A stretch of 64,000 bases of DNA from Ignavibacteriota bacterium (GTDB lineage Bacteria; Bacteroidota; Ignavibacteria; Ignavibacteriales; Melioribacteraceae): the NCBI GenBank assembly GCA_016713565.1, contig JADJOX010000002.1, positions 2,845 to 66,844 of the forward strand, written 5' to 3'. This document shows, one piece after another, positions 31,832 through 41,307 of the stretch. Within the stretch, counting starts at the first letter, position 1, and every line of letters begins with the position of its first letter. The notes below the pieces were generated by a model. It had not been told where the DNA came from and ran no database searches. It worked only from the letters and a program-made list of their open reading frames with translations. The position numbers and the translations under genes were made by a program.

Positions 31832-33904
31832 ATGTTAAATCTTTCCTTAAATGGAAATTGGAAATTTATTGCTGACTCGGATTCCAAATTTACTTTTGCC
31901 GAAATCAATTCGAGATTCGAATCAAATAATTTAAATGAAATGAGTATTCCGAATAATTGGCAGATTTGCGGATTAAATAATTTTTCGGGTACGGTCTGGT
32001 TTAAAAGATCATTTAAGATTCAATCTCAAAATAAAGAAAATAATTTATCTGTAATAAAATTTAACGGCGTTGATTATTTTACTGACGTTTGGCTTAACGG
32101 ACAATATTTGGGACACCATGAAGGATACTTTCAAGAATTTTATTTTAATGTTTCAAAATGTATCGCATTCAATAAAACAAACGATTTGATTGTAAGAGTA
32201 AATTCACCCAAAGAAGAACCAGAAAAGGTTTGGCCGCTGAAAAAACAATTAATTAAAGGAATATTTAATCACCATGATTGCAGGCCAGGCGCTTGGAGTT
32301 ATGAATTTGGGCAGGATCAAAATACCGGCGGAATTTGGAATGATGTTGATTTAATTATAGATGAAAAAATATATATTGAAAATACTAAGATCACTTCGTA
32401 CCTAAGTGAGAATTTAAAAACCGCTAAACTAAATGTTGTAATTAATTATCTATCCAACATTGATGAGCCGCAAAAAACAATTGTTAGATTTTCAACAAGT
32501 AAAAAACAAAAAAATAAAAACAAATTTGAGCAAGAAGTTTTAATTAACCCGGGTAAAAATAAATTAAATTTTGTTTTCGAGATAAAGGATCCAATCCTTT
32601 GGTGGAGCTGGGATTTAGGGCAGCCATATTTATATGATCTGGAAATTGAAATTAAAAAATTTACTTCGTTCAGTAAAAACTTTGCAATTAGAAAAATTCA
32701 TTTAGATAACGAGAATCGATTCTATCTTAATGATAAAGAACTTTTTTTGCGGGGCACTAATATTATTCCAACACAATTTTTAAGCGAATTAAATTCGGAT
32801 AGAATTGAGAAAATAGTAGGTTTAATAAAAGAAGCAAATATAAATATTGTAAGAGTTCACGCGCATGTTAATAGAAAAGAATTATATGATGAATTCGACA
32901 AAATGGGAATTTTACTTTGGCAGGATTTTTCATTGCAATGGACATACGATGAATCCGAAAAATTTGCTTCAAATGCTGTTGCGCAGATTAAAGAAATGGT
33001 TGAACAGCTTTATAATCATCCTTCCATTGCGTTTTGGTGCTGCCACAATGAACCTGGTGAACAGATAAAAACTTTAGACAAATTCTTATATGACGCGGTT
33101 CAAAGTGTAGATCAATCTAGAATTATAAGATTAGCATCCAATTATGAAGAACATCCTTATGACGGATGGTATTGGGGAAACCTTGAACATTTTGCGGCTG
33201 TGCCGATGGGACCATTAGTTACAGAATTCGGCGCGCAGGCATTACCGAATAAGAAATCCATCGAAAAGTTTATTCCTAAAAGTAAATTATTTCCGCCGGA
33301 TTTTAATCACTGGAAATATCATGATTTTCAACCTGACACAAACTTCAATATCGCAAAAATTAAAATAGGTAAGAACATTGATGATTTTATTGAAAATTCT
33401 CAAAATTATCAATCTGAACTTCTATGGAAAGCGATTCATTTTTACAGAAGAAAGAAGAACAAAGGTATAACTGGCATTTTTCAATTCATGTTCATTGATT
33501 GCTGGCCTTCCATTACTTGGTCGGTAGTTGATTATTATTTTGAAAAGAAAAAAGGTTTTTATACAATACAAGATTCTTACGCACCTATTTTACTTTCAAT
33601 TAATTTACGGCAGGACCAGTATTTCCAGAATTCAAAATTAAATTTTGATATATACATTGTTAACGATCTTTACACGGAAATAAAAAATTCACACATTGAT
33701 ATTTTGATTGATGACACAAAAATCGGGAAAATTGAAAATATAAATATCGAACCTAACTCAACATACTTTGTAAATTTTGAAAAAATAAATGTTCAAATTC
33801 CTAATTCATTTTCCAAAGGGGAATATGAACTGAAATTTCAACTTAAAAGTAAGAGTAAAATAATTTCACAAAATATTTATGGAATAACGATCGTAAATCT
33901 ATAA
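31832..33904 (+). CDS. GH2-family glycoside hydrolase (beta-mannosidase / exo-glucosaminidase-like), cytoplasmic
   Basis: Intact 690-aa ORF. LNGNWKF, IPNNWQ, GTVWFKRSF, WLNGQYLGHHEGYF, IVRVHAH, WCCHNEPG (acid/base NE) and VTEFGAQALP (nucleophile region). No signal peptide. Confidence 0.7.
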   Translation: MLNLSLNGNWKFIADSDSKFTFAEINSRFESNNLNEMSIPNNWQICGLNNFSGTVWFKRSFKIQSQNKENNLSVIKFNGVDYFTDVWLNGQYLGHHEGYFQEFYFNVSKCIAFNKTNDLIVRVNSPKEEPEKVWPLKKQLIKGIFNHHDCRPGAWSYEFGQDQNTGGIWNDVDLIIDEKIYIENTKITSYLSENLKTAKLNVVINYLSNIDEPQKTIVRFSTSKKQKNKNKFEQEVLINPGKNKLNFVFEIKDPILWWSWDLGQPYLYDLEIEIKKFTSFSKNFAIRKIHLDNENRFYLNDKELFLRGTNIIPTQFLSELNSDRIEKIVGLIKEANINIVRVHAHVNRKELYDEFDKMGILLWQDFSLQWTYDESEKFASNAVAQIKEMVEQLYNHPSIAFWCCHNEPGEQIKTLDKFLYDAVQSVDQSRIIRLASNYEEHPYDGWYWGNLEHFAAVPMGPLVTEFGAQALPNKKSIEKFIPKSKLFPPDFNHWKYHDFQPDTNFNIAKIKIGKNIDDFIENSQNYQSELLWKAIHFYRRKKNKGITGIFQFMFIDCWPSITWSVVDYYFEKKKGFYTIQDSYAPILLSINLRQDQYFQNSKLNFDIYIVNDLYTEIKNSHIDILIDDTKIGKIENINIEPNSTYFVNFEKINVQIPNSFSKGEYELKFQLKSKSKIISQNIYGITIVNL

Positions 33905-33945
33905 TATTTTACCCGAAAATTTTTTATAATCGAAAAGGTTTTACG

Positions 33946-35862
33946 ATGCAAAAATTTTTATTTCAAGTGGTACTTTTGTTTTTTGCTTCAATACAAATAT
34001 TCTCCCAGGATACAATTCCTCCTTCAATTCCAAATAATTTTAGAGCATATTCTTATGAATTACATGGCGACCTTTACTGGGATGTTGAGGAAAATTCGGA
34101 TGTGAAAAGTTATATAATATATAAATGGAATGGTTCCATATTTTCATTTTCGGAAATGCTGCCCAAAACCATAAATAATAAAATGGTTTGGATAGGTTCG
34201 CTTAACTCGAGTGAAAAATATAAAATACAAGCGATAGACAGTTCCGGTAATTCATCCGCACTAAGTGAAGAAGCGCAAATTTTAACGCATGAAATGGATG
34301 ATGATGAATTTTTAGATATGGTACAAAGGGCTGTGTTTAGATATTTCTGGGATTGGGGTGATCCAAATTCCGGTGTTGCAAGAGAACGATGGCATCCTGA
34401 TGAAAGTGATAAGACAAATACAATAGGCGGCGGCGGTTTTGGTGTTATGGCAATTTTGGTTGGCATTGAACGCGGCTTTATAACAAGAGAACAAGGTGCA
34501 AAACGAATTTTAAAGATTGCGAATTTTTTACAGAATAAAATGGATAAATTTCATGGAGCATTTCCTCATTGGTTTAATGGAGCTTCCGGAAAAGTGGTGA
34601 ACTTTGGAGTTCAAAACGGCGGGGATATTGTTGAAACCGGTTTTATGGCGCAAGGTTTATTGTGCGCGCGTCAATATTTTAACCAGTCAGATGATACCGA
34701 AACTCAAATTAGAAATTTAATTACTCAGCTTTGGGAGAATATTGATTGGGACTTTTATAGAAATAATTCGACGGGACTTTACTGGAATTGGTCGCCGACG
34801 TTGGGATTTAATTTTAGCGACACTTTTATTTTTCATGGCTGGAATGAAACATTAATGTCTTATTTATTAGCTCTTGCTTCTCCGACATATCCTATTGCAA
34901 AACAATATTACTCATCAGGATGGGGAAATAACGGCACTATTAAGTACACAGGAAATTCAAAATATGGAATAACGCTTTCTGTGGGAAGCGGTTACGGCGG
35001 TCCTTTGTTCTTTACACATTATTCATTTATTGGATTTGATCCAAGAGTTAAAAGAGATTTATACGCAAATTACTTTGGACAAAACATCAACCAAAGTTTA
35101 ATTAACCTTAATTATTGTATTGATAATCCCAAAAATTTTACCGGCTATAGTAATGAATGCTGGGGTTTAACGGCAAGTTATTCAATTCCCGGCGTTGGCT
35201 ATACTGCTCATGAACCAAATAATGATAACGGCACAATTGCTCCTACGGCGGCATTATCATCAATGCCTTACACTCCTTACGCTTCAAAACAAGCGATGAA
35301 ATATTTCTATAGAAATTTCAAAAATAAATTATGGGGAAAATACGGATTTAAAGACGCGTTCAATTTAACTTACGCATCCAATGGTGTAAAAGGTGAATGG
35401 TTCAGCGACGGATATTTGGCAATAGATCAAGGTCCGATTATTTGTATGATCGAAAATTACAGATCGCAATTGCTTTGGAATTTATTTATGAATGACCAAA
35501 ATATTCAAGCTTTGTTTAATAGTTATCCGCCTTTTTTTGATTCAGAAACTCCAACTGACATTGAAGTACGTCCGGATTTGCCGGATGAATTTGTTCTTGA
35601 ACAAAATTATCCAAATCCATTTAATCCGAGCACTACAATAAAATATAGTATACCAGCATCCCTAAAAGGAAATATATCCAATGTAAAACTGATAGTTTAC
35701 GATGTACTTGGCAGTGTTGTAAAAACAATTGCCAATATTGCCCAAAGTCCAGGTAGTTATGAAATTACTTTTGACGGAACAAATCTTTCGAGTGGAATTT
35801 ATTATTACACTTTACAATCCGGAAGTTTCATTGAAACAAAAAGTATGATTTTAATTAAGTGA
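33946..35862 (+). CDS. Secreted DUF3131/GH144-like (alpha/alpha)6 glycoside hydrolase (endo-beta-1,2-glucanase family) with N-terminal Fn3-like module and C-terminal T9SS sorting domain
   Basis: Signal peptide. FRYFWDWGDPNSGVARER, GGGGFGVMAILVG, DNGTIAPTAALSSMPYTP, GKYGFKDAFN and AIDQGPIICMIENYRSQLLW, all shared with 39925-41304. The C-terminal LEQNYPNPFNPSTTIKYSIP...GIYYYTLQSGSFIETKSMILIK is a Por/T9SS CTD. Confidence 0.65.
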   Translation: MQKFLFQVVLLFFASIQIFSQDTIPPSIPNNFRAYSYELHGDLYWDVEENSDVKSYIIYKWNGSIFSFSEMLPKTINNKMVWIGSLNSSEKYKIQAIDSSGNSSALSEEAQILTHEMDDDEFLDMVQRAVFRYFWDWGDPNSGVARERWHPDESDKTNTIGGGGFGVMAILVGIERGFITREQGAKRILKIANFLQNKMDKFHGAFPHWFNGASGKVVNFGVQNGGDIVETGFMAQGLLCARQYFNQSDDTETQIRNLITQLWENIDWDFYRNNSTGLYWNWSPTLGFNFSDTFIFHGWNETLMSYLLALASPTYPIAKQYYSSGWGNNGTIKYTGNSKYGITLSVGSGYGGPLFFTHYSFIGFDPRVKRDLYANYFGQNINQSLINLNYCIDNPKNFTGYSNECWGLTASYSIPGVGYTAHEPNNDNGTIAPTAALSSMPYTPYASKQAMKYFYRNFKNKLWGKYGFKDAFNLTYASNGVKGEWFSDGYLAIDQGPIICMIENYRSQLLWNLFMNDQNIQALFNSYPPFFDSETPTDIEVRPDLPDEFVLEQNYPNPFNPSTTIKYSIPASLKGNISNVKLIVYDVLGSVVKTIANIAQSPGSYEITFDGTNLSSGIYYYTLQSGSFIETKSMILIK

Positions 35863-35865
35863 TAA

Positions 35866-37140
35866 ATGAAAGTTTATATTAAAATATTGCCCATAATAAT
35901 TTTGCTTTTTATTTCTTGTAAAAGTGAAAAAATTGACAATAATATAACCACCATTAAATTTTGGGGGTTGGGTGCTGAAGGTGAATACGTTCAAAAATTA
36001 CTTCCTGAGTTTTACAAAAAACACCCTAAAATAAAAGTTAATGTTCAAGCAATACCATGGACTGCCGCGCAGGAAAAATTAATTTCTGCTTACGCAAGTG
36101 ATAATTTACCGGACGTATTTCAGTTAGGCAATACATGGGTTCCGCAATTTGTTTCATTAAATGCTTTGGAAAATCTTGATAAGTATTTAAACATTTCCGG
36201 ATCAATAAATAAAGAAAATTACTTTGAAGGAATTTGGAATACAAATATAATCGATGGTTCATTATTTGGAATTCCATGGTACATTGATACGAGAATTGTA
36301 TTTTACAGAAAAGATGTTTTGGCGAAAGCAGGATATTCGGTTTTCCCTAAAACTTGGGATGAACTATATGATGCTTCAAAAAAAATAAAATCATTACATA
36401 AGAATGAAGAAAAGTACGCTATTTTTCTTCCCACTAACGAATGGGCAAGTTTTATAATATTCGCGCTTCAAAATAATTCAACTATATTGAAAGATAATAA
36501 CAGATACGGCGCGTTTTCTGAAAAGGAGTTTAAAGAAGCATTTGAATACATAATTAAATTTCATAAAGAAGATCTTGCTCCAATTGGATTTTCCCAAGTT
36601 ACAAATGTTTATCAAGCATTTGCGGAAGAATATTTCTCAATGTATATCTCTGGTCCTTGGAACATTCCGGAATTTAAAAAATGGATGACAGGAAACCTGG
36701 CCGATAAATGGGGAACAGCGCCGATGCCGTCAAAAGACGGAAACTATCCAGGAACTTCATTGGCGGGCGGTTCAAGTCTAGTTGTAAGCAGTTTATCCGC
36801 AAATAAAGATTCCGTATGGAAATTTATTGAATTTCTTTCCGATCCGAATATTCAGCTTAAATTTTACAATATGATTAATGACTTACCTTCTGTTGTAAAC
36901 GCATGGAATGATTCTTCATTTTCGAATAATGAATATATGCAGGCTTTTTTCGCACAATTTCATAATGTTACCGAAACTCCGAAAATTACTGAATGGGAAC
37001 AGATAGCTTTCGCAAAAATTCAGCAGTATGCGGAATTAGCTGCAAGGAATTCATTAACAATAGATGAAGCTTTGAAGGCTTTGGATAAGGATGTAAATAA
37101 AATTCTTGAAAAAAGAAGATGGTTATTGAATAAAAAATAA
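35866..37140 (+). CDS. ABC sugar transporter substrate-binding lipoprotein (family 1 SBP)
   Basis: Lipobox LLFISC. KFWGLGAEGE, PDVFQLGNTWVPQF, GIPWYIDTRIVFYRKD and GGSSLVV. Confidence 0.85.
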   Translation: MKVYIKILPIIILLFISCKSEKIDNNITTIKFWGLGAEGEYVQKLLPEFYKKHPKIKVNVQAIPWTAAQEKLISAYASDNLPDVFQLGNTWVPQFVSLNALENLDKYLNISGSINKENYFEGIWNTNIIDGSLFGIPWYIDTRIVFYRKDVLAKAGYSVFPKTWDELYDASKKIKSLHKNEEKYAIFLPTNEWASFIIFALQNNSTILKDNNRYGAFSEKEFKEAFEYIIKFHKEDLAPIGFSQVTNVYQAFAEEYFSMYISGPWNIPEFKKWMTGNLADKWGTAPMPSKDGNYPGTSLAGGSSLVVSSLSANKDSVWKFIEFLSDPNIQLKFYNMINDLPSVVNAWNDSSFSNNEYMQAFFAQFHNVTETPKITEWEQIAFAKIQQYAELAARNSLTIDEALKALDKDVNKILEKRRWLLNKK

Positions 37141-37161
37141 TTTTAAATCCAAAAGGTAAAA

Positions 37162-38049
37162 TTGAATTCTAAAAGTAAATTAACGGCTGCTTATTTATTC
37201 TTAGCGCCCGCAATGCTGGCAATATTTGCGTTTTTCTTTATTCCAGTTATATCCGCTTTCATAATTAGTTTTACTGATTTTGATATTTATGCGTTAAGCG
37301 ATTTCTCCAATGCGAGATTTATCGGCTTTCAAAATTATTTGGATCTATTTGATGATCCATTATTTTGGCAATCGCTTAAAAATACTTTTTATTTTGTCAT
37401 TTTTGCCGGACCGTTATCAATAGCTGTTTCACTTGGAGCGGCGCTTTTACTTAATTCAAAACTTGTAAAGTTTAAAAGTATATTCAGACTAACGTATTTC
37501 CTTCCTGTTGTAACTACATTAATTGCCGTATCAATAATTTGGAGATTTATTTATCATCCTAAATTTGGAATATTGAACTTTATGCTTGGCTTTTTCGGCG
37601 TAAATCCAATTGACTGGCTGGGTGACCCAAACTTAGCTTTGCCCGCGATAGTGATTATGTCGGTTTGGAAAAGTTTCGGTTACAATATGATAATCTTTAT
37701 TGCAGGACTCCAAAATATTCCACAATATTTATATGAAGCCGCTGATCTTGAAGGAGCAACCGAATGGCAAAAATTTAAATCAATTACAATACCTATGTTA
37801 GCTCCAACAACATTATTTATAAGTATTATCACAATGATCGGATATTTTCAATTATTTGCCGAACCGTATGTAATGACTCAAGGCGGACCTTTAAATAGTA
37901 CGTTAAGCATTGTTTTATATATGTACAATGAAGGTTTTCGATGGTGGAATATGGGGTATTCAGCTTCAATAGCTTTCGTTTTGTTTTTCATAATTTTTAT
38001 TGCGACGTTAATTCAATTTAAAGTTCAAAAAATTGCGGATACAGAATAG
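37162..38049 (+). CDS. ABC sugar transporter permease (MalF/UgpA-like)
   Basis: 295 aa, 6 TM, with the EAA-type loop YEAADLEGATEWQKFKSITIPML. Confidence 0.85.
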   Translation: MNSKSKLTAAYLFLAPAMLAIFAFFFIPVISAFIISFTDFDIYALSDFSNARFIGFQNYLDLFDDPLFWQSLKNTFYFVIFAGPLSIAVSLGAALLLNSKLVKFKSIFRLTYFLPVVTTLIAVSIIWRFIYHPKFGILNFMLGFFGVNPIDWLGDPNLALPAIVIMSVWKSFGYNMIIFIAGLQNIPQYLYEAADLEGATEWQKFKSITIPMLAPTTLFISIITMIGYFQLFAEPYVMTQGGPLNSTLSIVLYMYNEGFRWWNMGYSASIAFVLFFIIFIATLIQFKVQKIADTE

Positions 38050-38855
38050 TGAAAAAATTATTGTTATATGTTTTCTTAATAATTTCCGGATTTATAACCA
38101 TTGCACCTTTTGTTTGGATGATCTCTGCTTCTTTTATGGCTGATGGTCAAGCCAGCGTTTACCCGCCGAGATTTTTTCCGAAACAAATTACATATGATCA
38201 ATATAATATTTTATTTACAAGATTAAATGTGGCGACAAATTTTATAAATAGCCTTTCATTATCAATAATTATAACATTCATTTCACTGTTTTTTAATTCA
38301 ATGGCAGGATATGCATTTGCAAAATATAGATTTGCGGGAAAAGATAAACTTTTCAAACTTTTACTGAGCTCAATGATAATTCCGGCACAAGTAACAATGC
38401 TTCCATTATTTTTAATGCTTAAAAATCTTGGACTAATAAATACATACATGGCAATTGTTATTCCAGGATTGGCAAATATCTTCGGAATATTTTTAATACG
38501 GCAATACGCAATGTCGATTCCAGATAGTTTAATTGAAGCTGCAAGGATTGACGGCGCGACAGATTTTCAGATCTATTATAAAGTTATGCTTCCGCTTTCA
38601 AAACCAATTTTAGTCACTTTGGCAATTTTTACTTTTATGGGTGTTTGGAATGATTTTCTGTGGCCATTGATTGCTTTAACAGATAACTCAATGTATACAT
38701 TGCCGGTTGCTCTCGCTAATTTAATGGGTGAACATACAAAAGATCCGGAGCTTATGATGGCAGGGTCGGTGATAACAATTATTCCAGTAATAATTGTATT
38801 TTTAGCTTTACAGAGATATTACATTAAAGGAATTATGATGGGAAGCATTAAATGA
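38049..38855 (+). CDS. ABC sugar transporter permease (MalG/UgpE-like)
   Basis: 268 aa with the EAA loop IEAARIDGATDFQIYYKVMLPL. The GTG start overlaps the previous stop codon by 1 nt. Confidence 0.85.
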   Translation: MKKLLLYVFLIISGFITIAPFVWMISASFMADGQASVYPPRFFPKQITYDQYNILFTRLNVATNFINSLSLSIIITFISLFFNSMAGYAFAKYRFAGKDKLFKLLLSSMIIPAQVTMLPLFLMLKNLGLINTYMAIVIPGLANIFGIFLIRQYAMSIPDSLIEAARIDGATDFQIYYKVMLPLSKPILVTLAIFTFMGVWNDFLWPLIALTDNSMYTLPVALANLMGEHTKDPELMMAGSVITIIPVIIVFLALQRYYIKGIMMGSIK

Positions 38856-38889
38856 TTGATTTAACAGAACTATTCCGTGAACATGCATA

Positions 38890-39903
38890 ATGAAAAATAT
38901 TAATATTATCACAATTGCCAAAGAAGCGGGTGTGTCAACGGCAACAGTATCAAGAGCTTTAAGCGGAAGTACCTCAATAAAGGAAAGTACACGAAAAAAA
39001 ATTATTAACGTTGCGGAAAAATTTGAATATAGACCAAGTCATTTTGCAAGAAGTCTTTCAACAAAAAGAACTGATACCATTGGATTAATTTTACCTGAAC
39101 TTGATGGTGATTTCTTTATGAGCGTAATTCATAATATTGATGATGAAGTACATAAAGCAAATAAATATTTGATGGTTTCAAGTACATATAACCAGCGTAA
39201 TGAAATTGAGACTGTAAAAGAATTTATTGCGTCTAGTAGAGTTGATGGCGTTATTGTAATGGCGCCGACTATAAATAAAAAAATTGAATTTATTTTAAAG
39301 AATAATCAAATACCGATTATATATTTAAACGCGAGCAAAAAAATTATTAACATTGTAAATTTTACAGTAGATAATTTTTCTGGAGCAAAATCGGTTGTTG
39401 AACATTTAATAATGCATGGTTATAGAAAAATTGCTATGGTAAAAGGACCGGATGCAAATAATGAAGCCATAGAAAGATTTAAAGGTTATCAAAATATTCT
39501 TGAAGAAAATGAAATTGAATATTCTGACGATTTTACTTTCAATGGAAATTTTTCTATGAATGCCGGATTTTTGGCATTAGAAAAATTTTTCAGCAAAAAA
39601 AATAAACCGGAAGCAATTTTTGCGGCTAATGATATGATGGCAGTTGGTGTTTATCAAGCTGCAAAAAAATTAAATATAAAAATTCCGGAAGATATTGCAG
39701 TCGTTGGGTTTGATAATATTTTTCTTTCTCAAATAGTATCTCCGAAACTAACGACGGTTAAAGTTCCAATTGGATTGCTTGCAAATAACGCGGTACAATA
39801 TTTACTTAAAATGATTCATAATGAAGTTGATCTTAATCTGCCTTTAACTCATAATCTTGGAACAAGTCTTATTATAGGCGAATCTTGCGGTTGTAAAATT
39901 TGA
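38890..39903 (+). CDS. LacI-family transcriptional regulator
   Basis: N-terminal HTH ITIAKEAGVSTATVSRALSG, periplasmic-binding-protein-like effector domain, VVGFDNI. Confidence 0.9.
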   Translation: MKNINIITIAKEAGVSTATVSRALSGSTSIKESTRKKIINVAEKFEYRPSHFARSLSTKRTDTIGLILPELDGDFFMSVIHNIDDEVHKANKYLMVSSTYNQRNEIETVKEFIASSRVDGVIVMAPTINKKIEFILKNNQIPIIYLNASKKIINIVNFTVDNFSGAKSVVEHLIMHGYRKIAMVKGPDANNEAIERFKGYQNILEENEIEYSDDFTFNGNFSMNAGFLALEKFFSKKNKPEAIFAANDMMAVGVYQAAKKLNIKIPEDIAVVGFDNIFLSQIVSPKLTTVKVPIGLLANNAVQYLLKMIHNEVDLNLPLTHNLGTSLIIGESCGCKI

Positions 39904-39924
39904 TTAAATATTTAGGGAAAATTT

Positions 39925-41304
39925 ATGAAGTATATTATACTAATTTTAATAGCATTTAACTTTTTATTTTGTTCTGAAAAGCCGCAAAAAACTGTAAATA
40001 AAAAGTTTGAAATGACGGAAGAACAATCAAAGTTTTTAGATACTTTACAATATTATACATTTCAATATTTTGTTAAAGAAGTAAATCCGGAAAATGGTTT
40101 GGTAAAAGACAAATCAACCGAAGATTCGCCATCCAGCATTGCGGCAGTAGGATTTGCTTTACCTATTTGGGCAATTGGGGTTGAAAAAAAATGGATTACG
40201 CGTGAAGAAGCCGCAAAGTTGACTTTAAATTTATTTGCATTCTTAATTAATTCTGAACAATCTGCAAAGGTTGACGCAACCGGTTATAAAGGCTTTTATT
40301 ATCATTTTCTTGAAATGGATAATGGGAGAAGATGGCGTGATTGTGAATTATCAACCATTGATACGGCTTGGCTTTTTGCCGGAATTCGATTTGCGATGAA
40401 TTATTACACAAATGATAATTTAATTGAGAAAAGCATTAGAGCATTGGGCGATTCTTTAACAAGAAGGTTAGATTGGGATTGGTGGACGAAACCGGAATCA
40501 GATAAAGATTACGGTGGAACGGTAACTATGGGCTGGCGACCTGAAAACGGATTTACCGAAATGAGTTGGATCGGCTTTACCGAAGCTCATTATTTATATA
40601 TTCTTTCGGCAGGAACAGGATATAAAAATATCGATCACGCATATGACGTATGGCTAAGAGATTACAATTGGTACGCGCCTTATCCAAATATGGAACATGC
40701 GGTTTTTCCCCCACTTTTTGCTTATCAATGGTCTAGTTGTTTTATTGATTATAAAAATGTTTACGACAAATATATGCTTGAGAAAAACGTTGACTATTTT
40801 GAAAATTCAAGAAGAGCAGCGTTATCACAATGGCAATATGCAATTGAAAATCCAAAAGATTGGAAAGGTTATGATTCATTAACTTGGGGATTAACAGCGT
40901 GTGAAGGACCAGCCGATGAAATTCCAAATTTGGATAGAAGTATTTATTCGGGTTATAGTGAAAGAGGTCCTAGTTTTCCATTTCGCAATTCGTGGGATGA
41001 CGGAACAATAGCTCCTACAGCGGCAATTGCCTCACTTCCATTTGCTCCCGAAATAGTAATTCCCACAATTATGAACTTTAAGGAAAAATACGGCGATAAA
41101 GGTCTATGGGGTAAATATGGTTTTAAAGATGCTTTTAATCCGACCTTAAATTGGTTTGATAATGACTATCTGGGAATAGATCAAGGACCAATTGTTATAA
41201 TGATCGAAAACTTTAAAACAGGCTTTGTCTGGAAATATTGTATGAACGATCCTGTAATAAAAAAGGGAATGGAAAAATTGAATTTGATAAAACTCCAAAA
41301 GTAA
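39925..41304 (+). CDS. DUF3131/GH144-like (alpha/alpha)6 glycoside hydrolase, lipoprotein
   Basis: Lipobox NFLFCS. QYFVKEVNPENGLVKDK, SSIAAVGFALPIW, DDGTIAPTAAIASLPFAPE, GKYGFKDAFNP and GIDQGPIVIMIENFKTGFVW. Paralog of the catalytic part of 33946-35862. Confidence 0.65.
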   Translation: MKYIILILIAFNFLFCSEKPQKTVNKKFEMTEEQSKFLDTLQYYTFQYFVKEVNPENGLVKDKSTEDSPSSIAAVGFALPIWAIGVEKKWITREEAAKLTLNLFAFLINSEQSAKVDATGYKGFYYHFLEMDNGRRWRDCELSTIDTAWLFAGIRFAMNYYTNDNLIEKSIRALGDSLTRRLDWDWWTKPESDKDYGGTVTMGWRPENGFTEMSWIGFTEAHYLYILSAGTGYKNIDHAYDVWLRDYNWYAPYPNMEHAVFPPLFAYQWSSCFIDYKNVYDKYMLEKNVDYFENSRRAALSQWQYAIENPKDWKGYDSLTWGLTACEGPADEIPNLDRSIYSGYSERGPSFPFRNSWDDGTIAPTAAIASLPFAPEIVIPTIMNFKEKYGDKGLWGKYGFKDAFNPTLNWFDNDYLGIDQGPIVIMIENFKTGFVWKYCMNDPVIKKGMEKLNLIKLQK

Positions 41305-41307
41305 AAT

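Noticed and set aside
34110-34494. Minus-strand ORFs 34110-34466 and 34312-34494.
   Set aside because: They are antisense to the GH144-like gene, whose plus-strand reading is supported by paralogy with 39925-41304.
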